The notes beneath the pieces are model-generated. The model saw nothing but the letters and a program-made list of their open reading frames with translations. It ran no database searches and was not told the origin of the DNA. From Craspedostauros australis (taxonomy: Eukaryota): DNA of 41,191 nucleotides. Below, one piece after another: positions 1-12,113 of this stretch; the first letter of the stretch is position 1, and every line of letters begins with the position of its first letter. The DNA lies in contig JALAGF010006086.1 in NCBI GenBank assembly GCA_030167865.1, positions 1 to 41,191 of the forward strand. The letters run 5' to 3'. A program made the position numbers and the translations under genes.

Positions 1-1268
1 GAATACAGCCATGTCATTCACTTGACCAATAGACGAAACAGAATTGGATGCGGGTCTTTGGGAGGCAGTCGGTCGAGATTGGACCAAGAAGCAACAAATT
101 ATTGTACCAGAACGTCGTAGACTCTACGTGGTTACCAATGGTTACCAACGAAAAAATTCCGAAATCATGTCCGTACGTCGTCCGTATGAAAAAGGCCGAT
201 AAAGGGTAAAAAGAGGCATCGAGATGAACATGAAGCGGAGACCGTTTGCCAACAATGAAGACATCAACAGATAGCTCTCACTCTCTTCTTTCTAATTATG
301 CAAAGATATCGGTCAACGGCCATCAACTCATCGAATGGTTGCTTGTGCCGTCGGCGATATGCCAATGGTTACCAATAATTACCAAAAAAACGGAAATTAG
401 CCAATAGCCACTAGAGTATGGCGCGCGTAGGCAGAGAGGCTGGTCGAGATTCCCTCGTCATCTTCACCTCACTGCCCCCCTCCATTCACCGCTTCATCCG
501 TTCGTGTGAGAGGACCCTGCTGTCTTGTCGAAAATGATTTTCGGAGAGCCAGATCAGCAAGAGAGAGAGAGGTTGGATCACATGTGTTCTCGTTTCGTTT
601 CGTTTCGTGCAGCCTCTCGATGACTTGTTGGGTGTGACAAACCTTCTCATCTCGTCCTGTGCGAACACAAGGGCAGCCACACAAATGATGACTCTGAATG
701 GGTGGGATCCACGATTCGGCCACGAGTGGATGATGCGCACGCAAGGGAGGAAGAAAGAAGGGATGAGGTGAGATGAGATGAGAGCACGGAGACGATGGCC
801 GGAGTCGCCACGATTCTCAGTTGGTCACGTTTGTCTGTTCTGTCGATTTGTGGAGGCGACACACGAACTCGGGAATGCAAGAGGTCGAATAAATCGAAGC
901 TCTACCACGAGGTCGTGTTGATGGTTCTCCGAATAAACTTCTGCACGACCGTCACCACACTTTGGATGACGACAGGCCACACGACAACTCTGTTGGTGGG
1001 AGATCGTGGGCAGAGCAACAACAATTTTTACCGTGGTTTCTCTGAGTGATCACCCCTGACAAAGGAAGCAGCGGGCCTCTCCGCCGTCCTTGTAACCACA
1101 AAGACGTGCACAAACAACCGGCACAAACAACCGGCACAAACATCGAGGGCAGCAACGCAGGACGCACCTCACACATAACACAACACAGCCAAGGCTGCAC
1201 CGTGAGGTACCATTCATCCAAGGAAACGCAGCAGCAGCAACAGCAGCAGCAACAACTGAACGCTCACC

Positions 1269-3314
1269 ATGCATCTTCCTCCAAAAAAGCAAAGCGGTGG
1301 CGTCGGAAGCAGCGCCTCAACATGCCATGACATCCTCAAGACGACGGCCGCCGTCGGTGGTGTAAGTCCTCTCGGTGTCACAGCTCGTTCATGGTATCAT
1401 CATTGCCATCATCTGTGACACGCGCTTCTGAGATGATTCGGTGACGTGTCATTCGTCCTTGAAATCAATCACTTTGGTACTCCAGTGCCGTGTGCTCCAT
1501 GTTGTTGCTCATGGCAATGCTCCACCCTGAATGTTTTGCATGCGGCTCGCGGTCCTTTCTCTTCTCGCTCAACCAATCAACCGATCATTCAACCAATCAA
1601 CCAATCACTCATCCATCAATTCACCCACTCATTGCATTCGTTTGGTATTTCTAATGTCACATCACGTGCGAAACACAACGCCATCCCGCACCGTTGCAAT
1701 GCGTTTCGATACTCCGGTCACAAATGAATGCTATCAACGCATTCATGCCGATGATACGTACGATTCGTATACTGACAGAACGTCATGGAATGGCTGGACT
1801 TTGCAGTCTTCGGATTCTTCAGCGACGTCATCGGAGATGTCTTCTTCCCTAAGGGTCAGGTTGGCAGTTCATCCACCATCGAGTCCTTTGCCGTGTTCGG
1901 CGGGGCGTTCCTCATGAGGCCGATTGGCGGTGTCATCATTGGCTACATCGGGGACGTCTACGGCAGGAAGCTTGCACTGGAGCTGTCCGTCTTCCTCATG
2001 GCATTCGCGACGCTCCTCATGGGCTCGTTGCCAACCTACGAACGCGTCGGTCCGTGGGCCATCGTCTTTCTCGTGGCTGTCCGGCTGTGCCAAGGACTCA
2101 GCGTCGGTGGCCAGCTCATGAGCTCCTTGGTGTACACCTTGGAGGCCCATCCGCACGAGCGCTGGGGTCTGTACGCCAGCTATGTCATGGCGGCCGCCAA
2201 CTTCGGAACGCTCATGGGCGGCGTCACAGGTTGGGCGGTCAACGCCAACCTCGACGCAGAGCAGATAGAGGCGTACGGATGGCGTCTGCCTTTCTGGGCC
2301 GGCGGCATCCTTGTCGGCTGGTGCGGATTCTACCTCAAGTTCTTCTGCCCGGAAGATGAAGTCATGCATCTGCATGGGCAAGTTCCAACGACGGAGGAGC
2401 CAGCAGCGCAAGTTCAGGATGGAGGTGATGGTATGCCAGCTGATGAACAAGAACAAGGACAGCAACACCAGCAGAAGGACGGGCTCATGAAGGATCCAGA
2501 GAGCTCCGATAGTCTCGCGGGAGCAGCACTGTCTTCTGACGATCTTGACGATCTGCAAAAGCCGCAGGAGAATCCATTGAAGCTGGCATTCGCAAGGGAG
2601 AACTGGCAATCGCTGGGGGCTTCGTCCTTGGTGCCCATGTTGTGGAGCGGCGGTCTCTACGTCTCCTTCGTTTGGATGCCGATCTTCATGGGCGATGGAA
2701 AGCTGGTCACACCCCCCGTGCCGCACTCGTTCGAGATCAACTCGTTCGCTCTGCTCTTCGTCTGTCTCTTCTACCCGGTCGCCGGTCTCCTTGGTGACAA
2801 ATTCTCAAGAGTGACCATCATGACCATCGGAGGAATCGGAATCGCAATCAGCGGACCCATCGCCGTCTACCTCATCGCCACCAAGCACGACACGACCATT
2901 GCATTGATGTGCCAGCTCGTGCTGGCGGTCTTCATGTCGCTGTGGGGTGCTCCCATGTGCGCGTGGCTGGTGGAATCCTTCGATCCGGCATCGAGATTGA
3001 CGTCGGTGTCGATCGGATACAACGTTGCACAGGCCTGCTCCGGTGGCTTGTGCCCTCTCATTGCCACCGTGCTTGCGGCAGACGTCTCATTGCTGGCGCC
3101 TGGCATTATCTACCCCGTGCTGGCCACGTTCGGGCTGTGCGGGCTGCTGGTCGTTTCACCAGGCCACATCTACGATATGGACGGTCTGCTGAAGAAGAAC
3201 AACGCGAACGCCAGCACGTTGAAGGACTACGGCAGCATCAGCCATGACAGCAACGAAGGCGAAGACAGCGAGGCGGAAGGCGTTCGCAACACAGAGATGA
3301 GAGAGATATCATGA
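1269..3314 (+). CDS. MFS transporter, metabolite:H+ symporter (ProP / proline-betaine-like); exons 1269-1361 and 1779-3314
   Basis: Splicing GTAAGT (1362) to ACTGACAG (1778) joins MHLPPK...AAVGG to NVMEWLDFAVFG, restoring the MHS TM1 motif GNxxEWxDF. Also FLMRPIGG..GYIGDVYGRK (MFS motif A), RLCQGLSVGG, GWRLPF, SIGYN, and about 12 hydrophobic segments with a central hydrophilic loop. Confidence 0.9.
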
Positions 3315-3670
3315 GTACTTTCGTCACGATGGAGCGCGAGCGCCGCAGCGAATAGCTACTGCCTGCTAATTACACATAGTATGGCCGTCCATTACATGTA
3401 CATACTCAACATAACGCTGAACAGTTCAGCAATGGCACATTGCCGATCTCAAATCACATGATTTCAATGACTCCTTGACAGAACTGCAATCTAATCGCAT
3501 GAGAAGAAGACCGCGTGAATGCCATACCATGCCGTTGTGTTTGAAAGATGACGGTGCAGAACAATGTAAAGTAGCGGGTTGTGTCTATCACAGTGGATCG
3601 CATCAGGACTCTCCTGGTATGCATGGCGTCTATTATACAAGTACAACTACGAGTACAATGGCGCATCACG

Positions 3671-4460
3671 TTACGAACTCCACGGCCATCCTTCTCCAAC
3701 GCGTCCTCGCGGATCGTCCGGATCATGCGTGTTGATCCAGGAATTCGGATCTTCGTCCGCCCCTTGGGCACCGGCCTTGCTGGCCCTGCCTGGCACAAGA
3801 CCCTCCAACTCCGTCAGCTGCCGTTTGCCTTCTCCGATGGCACGCTGCACGATGTAGGGATCGGTCTCCTGCTTGTGCGCTTGGAATTCACGTTGCACCT
3901 GCTGCTTCAGATCCTGTTGGCTGGTTGTATTGGGCATGGCCTGGATGGTCTTCAAGAAGTTCTGTTCGTGTCAATGTCGATGTGGTTGGTAGGGTGGAGG
4001 CGGTGTTGGTGACGGTGGTGACGGAAACGAAGAAGAGTAAGATGAAATGGTTGTGCATGACATATGCGTGAACAGTTGTGTGAGGATGGAGTTGGGCAGG
4101 GCGATGCCATCAAACCGTACATGAGTGCCAATATTCATGGCGACGCAAGCAAGGAATCAAAGAACAACATCACATAATAGAGCAGAGCTGGAGCGTGGCA
4201 GAACGTACACGATACATGTGGATGACTGTCATCTTGTGAACGAATTCCTTGTAGGATGGGATGGGACTATCATCGCTCAAGTCGATGCGACGGCGTCGTC
4301 GTGTCTTGCTGCCGGATGCTGGCGTTTTTGTGACCGTGACGGAGCCGCCAAAGGCACACAGCTGGTCGGCATGGAGTCGGCCGACCGTGTCGATTCGCTG
4401 CCAGCTTCTTTGCAGGAAGCCATGGCAACTTGCCGCACGGCTCAGGGCTTGTCGTTGCAT
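3671..4460 (-). CDS. LYRM2: LYR-motif protein, LYRM2-like, probably mitochondrial; exons 4460-4209 and 3961-3671
   Basis: A phase-0 intron 4208-3962 (GTACGT...CAG) gives PSYKEFVHKMTVIHMYRNFLKTIQAMPN...VQREFQAHK...IGEGKRQLTELE, matching the LYRM2 pattern (xFxxxxxVxxLYRxxLxTI...REEF...QGxxQLxEL). The N-terminus is R/S-rich and presequence-like. Confidence 0.75.
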
Positions 4461-4990
4461 GATCAATTGGTGAATCGCAGAGCGGAGATGGATGGTTGAG
4501 ATGGATCACTGAATGATCATTGAGGTTTGAGTGGAGTAATGATGGGTGGGAGAATGCTGGGATCAATGTGCGTACTCTTTTGTGCTCCAACTCTCTGCAA
4601 ACTGTCATGGCATCACAGTGTTGCTTTGTGTTGGTTCGTCCTTGGTTTCTTGTGGATGGTTGAGTCAGTGTTGTCGAATGCGGAAACTCGCGCCAAAACA
4701 TCAATAAAACGCAAAAGCCTCTCTCCGCGTTGTTCGTCGTAGCAATCAACCAAGAGAACACAATCAACGCAATCGACGTGGTGAACATCTGCGGTGTTCA
4801 AGTGATGAATACTCCTGACGCTAGGTCGTTCAATATATATTAATAGAATACATTCCAAGAACAACATGTAAGCGAGGACCCATCACTCCTGTACTCCTCC
4901 ACTCATCCCCACTGATCCATACAATTCATCTCCAAATAGAGCAACAGCAACGACACCGCTTCAAACGAGCAGTCGTACGATAAGAACAGC

Positions 4991-5653
4991 ATGATCCCAT
5001 CCCTTCCGGCGGTGGCAGGCGCCGCACAAGCATCGGCGCTTGCCGGATCCCTCCTTCATCCATTCCAGGAACCCGTCCTGCTGGCTTCCTTCGGATACGC
5101 GCTGACCTGCAACGTCGCCTACTTGGCACGTCGTTCCCAGCTGCGACAGATGACCATGACGAGGCTCTTCGAAATCCGCACGCAACGCGAGGACGGCGTG
5201 ACGTTCCCCATGTACTGCACCTTCCTCGTGGCGTGGCAGACCTTCGTGCTCTTCCTCTTTCCCATCACGGAGCCCGTCGGCAAGATGTTCGGCTACTGTT
5301 CCTTCTATTATTCCTACCCCAAGGCCAACGGGGGCGGCTACATTCTGGAGCCATTGTCGGTGCAGCGGTTGTCGACCAACCAACGCACCAAGGCGCAAGT
5401 GCGGTTCGACTGGCATCGGTTCACGTACAACGTGGGCGATATCGGCAGGGACGGGTACCGGCATCCGCCCAAGCTGCAGCGCAATCTGCCGCACATCGAT
5501 CTGCCATCGCGCGGTGTCAAGCACTGGCCGTGGCGGCGGCGGCATGTCACAGATTTCAATCGGCAGCAAAAGGAAGGCGATGCCAGTTGCGAAACTGAGC
5601 AAGAGACCCAGGCAAGCACGAAGAATCATACACGCAGACGAGAGGATAGATGA
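4991..5653 (+). CDS. Hypothetical membrane protein, 220 aa
   Basis: Intact ATG-to-stop ORF with coding-like GC3, two hydrophobic segments, and an aromatic/His-rich soluble part (RFDWHRF..NVG, RHPP, NLPHID, HWPW). No family recognised. Confidence 0.7.
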   Translation: MIPSLPAVAGAAQASALAGSLLHPFQEPVLLASFGYALTCNVAYLARRSQLRQMTMTRLFEIRTQREDGVTFPMYCTFLVAWQTFVLFLFPITEPVGKMFGYCSFYYSYPKANGGGYILEPLSVQRLSTNQRTKAQVRFDWHRFTYNVGDIGRDGYRHPPKLQRNLPHIDLPSRGVKHWPWRRRHVTDFNRQQKEGDASCETEQETQASTKNHTRRREDR

Positions 5654-5993
5654 TGGGTGGCTCCAACGCCAGCTAGGGTAGGGTACCATACGTACATACG
5701 TACATACGAGCTACCAAACTCCAAACATCGATCCACTCTGCCAGAGGAGAAGTTCATCTTGCGCGAACCTGCTCGTTTTTTGCGCTTCTTCTCTCTCGTA
5801 TTGTAAGCGTATTTTACTATGTATGGTCATGATTTTGATCACTGGGAGAGTGTGGAAGAGTATTATTGTTCGTCTTCGTGATTTCGTTCGTGCACGAGGG
5901 CTCCATGCTCACTCTCGCTTGTCTCCGCGTCACAAGCCGTCACCAACCGAAGGCAAGCCGACGTGTGAGCGGTGCCATGTTTGCACCGCGTAT

Positions 5994-7726
5994 TTAGGCC
6001 TGTGGCTTGGATGCACCTGGTCCGGTTGGGATGATCTCTCCACCAGCCATCTTAAGCACGCCAGCGAAGTACTCGATCGTGTTCCTGAGCCCCTCATCGA
6101 CAGTTCGCACTGGCTTCCAGCCGATCTCCCTCGCGGCGGTGCTGATGTCTGGTTGGCGTCTGGTTGGGTCGTCACGGGTGGCTTGCAGCAACATGATCTC
6201 GCTCTCAGACTTGGTGATCTCCTTGATGTGTTCTGCGAAATTCTTGACGGTGTACTCGTCTGGGTTGCCAAGGTTCACTGGTCCGTCGTAATTGTGGTTC
6301 ATCAATGCATGGAGACCGTCAACGAGATCGCTGACGTACTGGAACGAGCGGGTTTGGGACCCGTCTCCGTAGATGGTCATTGGCTTGCCCTGCAGGGCCT
6401 GGATGATGAAGTTGGAGACCACGCGTCCGTCGTTCGGGTGCATGCGTGGGCCGAAGGTGTTGAAAATACGTGCGATGCGGATGTTGACATTGTTCTGCTG
6501 CTGGTAGGAGTACATCATGGTCTCGGCAACTCGCTTGCCTTCGTCGTAGCAACTGCGTGGTCCGATGGTGTTGACGTTACCCCAGTAGGTCTCCTTCTGC
6601 GGATGCTCCTTTGGATCTCCGTAGATCTCGCTGGTGGATGTCAGCAGGATCTTGGCTCCAAGGCGCTTGGCCAGACCGAGCATGTTCAAGGTTCCCTCCG
6701 TGGATGTCTTGATCGTCTTCACCGGGTTGTACTGGTAATGAGGTGGCGATGCTGGGCAAGCAAGGTGATAGATCTCCGCCACCTCAATCGTCAATGGCTC
6801 GGTGACATCGTGGATCTTGAAGCTGCGCCAGTAGAGCAATTAAATTGGAAATCGGACCCACCCCCGACGTCACGACAGATGGGTGAAGAGGAGGAGACAG
6901 GGGAAGAAGAAGGCAAGTATTGATGAAACGAAGCAATCGTGAGCATTGTACTTCGAACAAACAAAATACGACTGGTGCCGATGAGGTGGTGCATGCAGCA
7001 CACGAACCAACTGTGCGAGAACCATTTTGATGGAAGGATCAGGATACTCCTCACCGACGTGACGGATGAAATGCAACGCAAGGAAATCAAACGACATGAA
7101 ACATCATGCAATGCAACAACCCAACAGAACGAAAGGACTCACGTGAAGTTGGGATGCTGCAACCAGTGCGCGATGTTCTTCTTTTGGCCTGTGAAGAGGT
7201 TGTCGATGACGGTGACCTCGTGACCCTCCATCATGAGCTTGTCGACCAGGTGGGATCCGACGAATCCAGCTCCTCCGGTGACGAGAATCTTCTTGCGCTT
7301 GTGGTCAGGGAGGACCTTGGTCTCCATGACGTTGGGGGTTGCCCAAGTGGGCAGGGACTGTCTGGAGAGCAGCATCTGCTGCTTCTTCACCTGTTCCAAC
7401 ACGTCGACCTCGTCCACGCCCGCGAAAGACTCCAACGAGCGGACTCTTGGCGTCATGGTTTCGACAGCGTCTGTCTTGAGGTAGTCCGAGATGTTGACCT
7501 CGACCAGCGCCATTGGCAAGATGACATATCCGGTGAGCATTCCGATCGTGAGGATCATGAGGCTCTGCTTCGAAAACCACTTCTGGCCGCCGGTGTTGCC
7601 CTTGGTGCCGTTCTCTGCCAATTCGGCGGGAACGGCCGCGCTGCCGAGGGACGAAGATGGGGAGGCATCGCCACCGTCCACCACGGGAAGCTGGGCTGTT
7701 GCCCCGACTCGCTTTCTTGCAACCAT
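5994..7726 (-). CDS. UXS1: UDP-glucuronate decarboxylase (UDP-xylose synthase), type II membrane-anchored; exons 7726-7143 and 6822-5994
   Basis: [19 protein letters not shown]-binding motif, [72 protein letters not shown] phase-2 intron 7142-6823 (GTGAGT...CAG) restores HPNFTFKIHDV. N-terminal TM anchor. Confidence 0.95.
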
Positions 7727-9489
7727 TGTGTTGTTTCGTCTCGTTTGGCTGTGTCTTTGTTGCTGTTGCTGTTGCTGTTGCTCTACGGAACAGAAGCGGC
7801 AGTGATCGGATAGATGGGATTGCGCAAGGAAGGCGATGAAAGTGCCCGATGCTGCTGATTTGTGGGATCAAAGAGCGCAACTGCGCGGATGTGTTTCTGG
7901 ACCGTTGTGTGGACGGATGCGTTGCGTTGCGTTGTTTTCATTTGCTGGTGGTGGTCGTGTTGTGCCTGTCGTGGCTGTTGTTGTGCAGCGGTTGGTGCCG
8001 TTGATGGGGCTTGGCAGAATCCACGCGCGTGACCGCTGAACCATTTCCTTTGAAGGAAAACACTTGTGACCCGCAGAGTCATTGTTGTGGAGTGGGAATG
8101 TCAGTCGGATGGGTCCAACGGGGAATCACTTTGTAGCGAACGTCATAACACGGATTGTAGATATTGCCTTCCAATCACAAGTACCCCAGAATACGGGACT
8201 CATTTCTGTCGTGGAAGCACTCAAAACCGCCAACGAATCGAAGTCTCACGAGGTCCGACGAACTCCCATCAATCGCCAACATTATCGACTCATCCGATCA
8301 TCCACACAACAACAACAACGAAACGAGTTAGTCGTGAAACTCGCACGGTGGACAACTTCCAGTTTGTTGCAGAAACACAAGTTCTCGGCGACTGACGCCC
8401 AAAAGGCCTGTCACGTTCCCAACAAACCAAGCTGGAATCCGTATGTTACGGCGGTATTCATATAATTCGCATATGTGTCATTGTTGACTCGTTCTGGTTG
8501 AGAATCCAAATGTGTCCTTAGGATGTAACGTACAAGATGCATCTCTGATTCGTGGATAGGAGCCAATGCTAGAATTGTAACCTGTAAATACACTATATGC
8601 CGCAATGCACCAAACGGATTGCGCGGAGCGCCAACGAACGAAGACCCGAGATCACCAACAACAACGCTTCGACCAAGACGCAAGACTGCATTCCATGGCC
8701 TGGCCTGGCCTTTTGCAAAGCCTATCTCCCCACAAAATGTAAGTTTGCCTTTCTCGTGATGAGGACATCGCGGTGCCAAGCCCTCGGGCTGTATCATCGC
8801 TATCCATTGCCTGCTTCATCTCATTCCCCTCTTGGTTATTGTGAATCGGCGTCTCGGTGCGTTCTTATGCACATATCAGACGACGATCCTCAAAGAAAGA
8901 ACATCGACTTGATACTCGCACGATCGCAACAGGAATCTTGGACGCTTCACGTGACGACGATGTCGGCGACATCAGTAATGGTTGGTGCCGCGCATTGTTG
9001 ATGAGTCGGTCGCTGTTCGTGCGGTGCTGCGCGTTCGAGGAGAATGCCAAGGAAGAAGATGGTGATCGTCGTGATGATCAGACGGATTCTGCGTGCGCCG
9101 ACTTCGCATGCTTCTGCGGTGATGTGCTCGGTTTGCAGAATGCGCCCCTGCCTCTGTGCCTTCCTCGTTGGTCAGGACACGACCCATCAGCCGACCAACG
9201 CCATCATCGTCACCCGACTACGCACTCGCAGGGTGATCGGTGTTGTGCTGTTTCGCTTTGTCAGTTGTCACACTCACGCTCGCACTCACACACTCAAACC
9301 AATCTGCTCGACGCTACTCTACTGCATGGTATTCCACTGAATTCTATACTGCTTGAATTGCCAAACCACGCCGTTGATTGGCACTATTCATCTCTCATGT
9401 CGCTCTTCTATTTGCGACGCCAGTGCCAACCTTGCGGTACTGTACTGCGAAGACAACCAGCTTTCACGCGTTCTCGCAGAACTCGCAAG

Positions 9490-11733
9490 ATGAGTGATGC
9501 TGACCACACCCCCGGTCAGAAGATCGGTCGCAAGGGCGATCCGCGGATGCACCGCGCGGTGGCGGCGCGTTTGAAAGACCCCTCCATCACACTCTTCAAG
9601 GCATTGAAGATTGGCGGCTTCCACTACGAAAGCGACATCAACCCATCGGCCGTCGATGTGGAGAATGTCGCCCTGTCGCAACGCAAGAACCAGCTCAGTC
9701 GGCGCATCCGCTACGCCAAGAAGCAGCACCAGAATGCGACGAAGGTCAGAAGGCGCGAGCAGTTGGAACAAACGAAGGTGGTGGCAAACGCTGCTGCCGC
9801 AGCGGCTGCCGAAGCGACGAAGAAGGCGATCATAGCAGAAGCCGCGGATCAGCACTATCTGGAGCATACAGGGATTGTGGCGCAATATCTGCAAAAGCTC
9901 CACAACACAGCCGAGGAGGATGGCGGTGATGACAGCGAAGAGGGCGAATCCAACAACGCCGCAGGCTTCCTTCAGGATGGCGATGACGATGACGATGATG
10001 CTCATCTCAATGGAGCCACGGGCGGGGGGCACACCAACGGCAAACGAAAGTCAGCGGCAGCAGCAGCATCGAAGCGAGGGTTTACGAGCACTGGGCTGAC
10101 AGACGACGATGCCGATCCTGAGCGTTCCGAGCAAGTGGATATGGCAGAGGACAACGCCACCACGAAACGCGCACGTGTTGCTAAGAATCATCCCAACTTT
10201 GCGCCCCTCATCGTGCCTCCAGCATCACGCGGCAACCTCTCGAAGCTGGCATCCTCCATCGTTTCCACCGCGGCAGGCGAAGGATCTAACTCACGCAAGG
10301 CATCGCGGCATCCTGCATCAGGTGCGCCGGGTGCCGCCGCAGCAGTAGGGCAGTCAGCTACGCATACCAACGGCCTAGCGGGTGCAAGCATGTCATCGGC
10401 CATCAATGCCAACGCACCAGGTGCCGCATCGCCCTACTGGAACTCTCCCGGCGCGGCGGCTTCGACTGCAGCTGGAGCTGCGGGTCAGTCAGTAGCCGAC
10501 CTGCACTCTCGCTCATTGGCGGGGATGGTGGGCGCTCCCGGCCTGGCGCACTGTTCCACGGTGGCGCCACCGTTTGCACCACCCGGGTATCCGGCGCAGC
10601 CATACTTCCCACCGATGACAAACACGCTCTTTCCACCTCCGGAGTCCAACGCTGCTGCACGTCCTTCGGCTGTGGCGATCTCATCGTTGTCGGGCACCGC
10701 CCATAAGGCAGGGATGACGCTAGAGCAGCTGGCGATGGCGCTGGGCTCCGTCACAAGTCTGTCCAACGTCCTTGCTGCTTGTGAAACCGACAAGGATGCG
10801 GCGCTGAAGATCAAGACACGGATCGCGCACCACCAGTACAAGATCGAAGCGCAGGCACTGTACTCCAAGTGCATGCGCATGGCTGGGATCGACGAGACGC
10901 TGTGCCAGGAACAATCCTCCTTCCATTTGCAGTTCGCTCTCGATGCCTGGCAAGAAGAAGGCCGCAGGCTGAAAGGCAAGATGCCCAAGCTGAGGGATGG
11001 ACTCGCCGAGATGGCAGGCCAAGACGAAGGCGCCAATGTCACCAACCCGGAGGGAAGTGCGCGAGCTTCCACTCGACGACAAAGCAACAAGTCCAGCGCG
11101 GCCTCGCAAAGAACCCCAAACGGCGGATCCGATGGAACAGACAGCGACGGCGGTCACGGCGGCAAGAACAGCAGCAACCAAGGTGGAAGTAACAGCCAAA
11201 GCAGTGCACACAAGCACGGCCACAGCAACTCGTACCCCCAAGAACCTTCGGCAGGGGCAGACACAACGAATGCACACGGTCACACGCACAGCCACGCGTA
11301 CGAACCGTGCGGCGCTGAGTGCAGCGGCGTCAGTGGGCGCCATGTCCACAGATTGAATGGAAAGTGCGGCCACAAGCCCATCATTCATCAGCCGAAGGAT
11401 GGAGAGGCGCACATTGACTTTGTGGTGGGGGACAAGGTGGAATGCTACCACGGCATCGGGCACGTCGTCGGGGCATCCAAGTCGATGTGGCCCAGCAAAT
11501 ACCGGTGCGATGAGCTGGACGGGCCATGCTCTCACAAACGCGTACCTGGAAGTGAAGGTGCTGGCCCCTCGCCGGAGATAATGGGGGAGATCAACGCGGA
11601 ACCGAAGATCATCCCGATGGCACAGGTCAACCTCGACGATGGAGAATGGAACGTGGATGTTTCGGGGACCATCGATGAGAGCATTGCCGCGCTCCTTGGC
11701 TTTAGCGAACCTGGCGAATTTTCTGATGCGTGA
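9490..11733 (+). CDS. Uncharacterised protein, ~747 aa, with a basic N-terminal domain (GDPRMHRAVAARL...QRKNQLSRRIR) and a C-terminal His/Cys motif; putative nuclear regulator
   Basis: Codon usage becomes coding-like from the ATG at 9490 (MSDADHTPGQK). The in-frame stretch 8857-9489 looks like UTR or promoter. Basic NLS-like segments, long low-complexity linkers, and HVHRLNGKCGHKPIIH..HIDFVVG near the C-terminus. Confidence 0.75.
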   Translation: MSDADHTPGQKIGRKGDPRMHRAVAARLKDPSITLFKALKIGGFHYESDINPSAVDVENVALSQRKNQLSRRIRYAKKQHQNATKVRRREQLEQTKVVANAAAAAAAEATKKAIIAEAADQHYLEHTGIVAQYLQKLHNTAEEDGGDDSEEGESNNAAGFLQDGDDDDDDAHLNGATGGGHTNGKRKSAAAAASKRGFTSTGLTDDDADPERSEQVDMAEDNATTKRARVAKNHPNFAPLIVPPASRGNLSKLASSIVSTAAGEGSNSRKASRHPASGAPGAAAAVGQSATHTNGLAGASMSSAINANAPGAASPYWNSPGAAASTAAGAAGQSVADLHSRSLAGMVGAPGLAHCSTVAPPFAPPGYPAQPYFPPMTNTLFPPPESNAAARPSAVAISSLSGTAHKAGMTLEQLAMALGSVTSLSNVLAACETDKDAALKIKTRIAHHQYKIEAQALYSKCMRMAGIDETLCQEQSSFHLQFALDAWQEEGRRLKGKMPKLRDGLAEMAGQDEGANVTNPEGSARASTRRQSNKSSAASQRTPNGGSDGTDSDGGHGGKNSSNQGGSNSQSSAHKHGHSNSYPQEPSAGADTTNAHGHTHSHAYEPCGAECSGVSGRHVHRLNGKCGHKPIIHQPKDGEAHIDFVVGDKVECYHGIGHVVGASKSMWPSKYRCDELDGPCSHKRVPGSEGAGPSPEIMGEINAEPKIIPMAQVNLDDGEWNVDVSGTIDESIAALLGFSEPGEFSDA

Positions 11734-12113
11734 CACACGTGAGGTGAGCGACGCCAACGGATTCAGAGCGGGAGGACGCAACGAGTCTGTAAACGTAGCG
11801 CTATGCCAGCCTTGAGTAGAATGCGTACATTATGAATACTTGTGCGGTTTTTAAATGGGCTCAGCGTCGCATCGACGAACATTCATGGAATGCTCTGGGA
11901 ATAGCAGATACAGAGAAGCACCATGCCATTCTTTAACCATATGCTTAGTCATGAACATACTGACTGTCATGTACCATGCGAGTGCACATTAGCAAGCGTG
12001 GATCACAGGATTCGTAGCGTGTTTCTCCAACCCATTGGACTCTGCTCTTACGGGTACTCATGCGTATAGCATGATACGCAGAGCAACATCACCTCACTTC
12101 TCACTGGCGACAT

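Noticed and set aside
8857..9489. 211-codon in-frame 5' extension of the 958-aa ORF
   Set aside because: Non-ATG start, Cys/Arg/Ser-rich non-protein-like translation, and promoter/UTR-like composition. The ATG at 9490 is more plausible.
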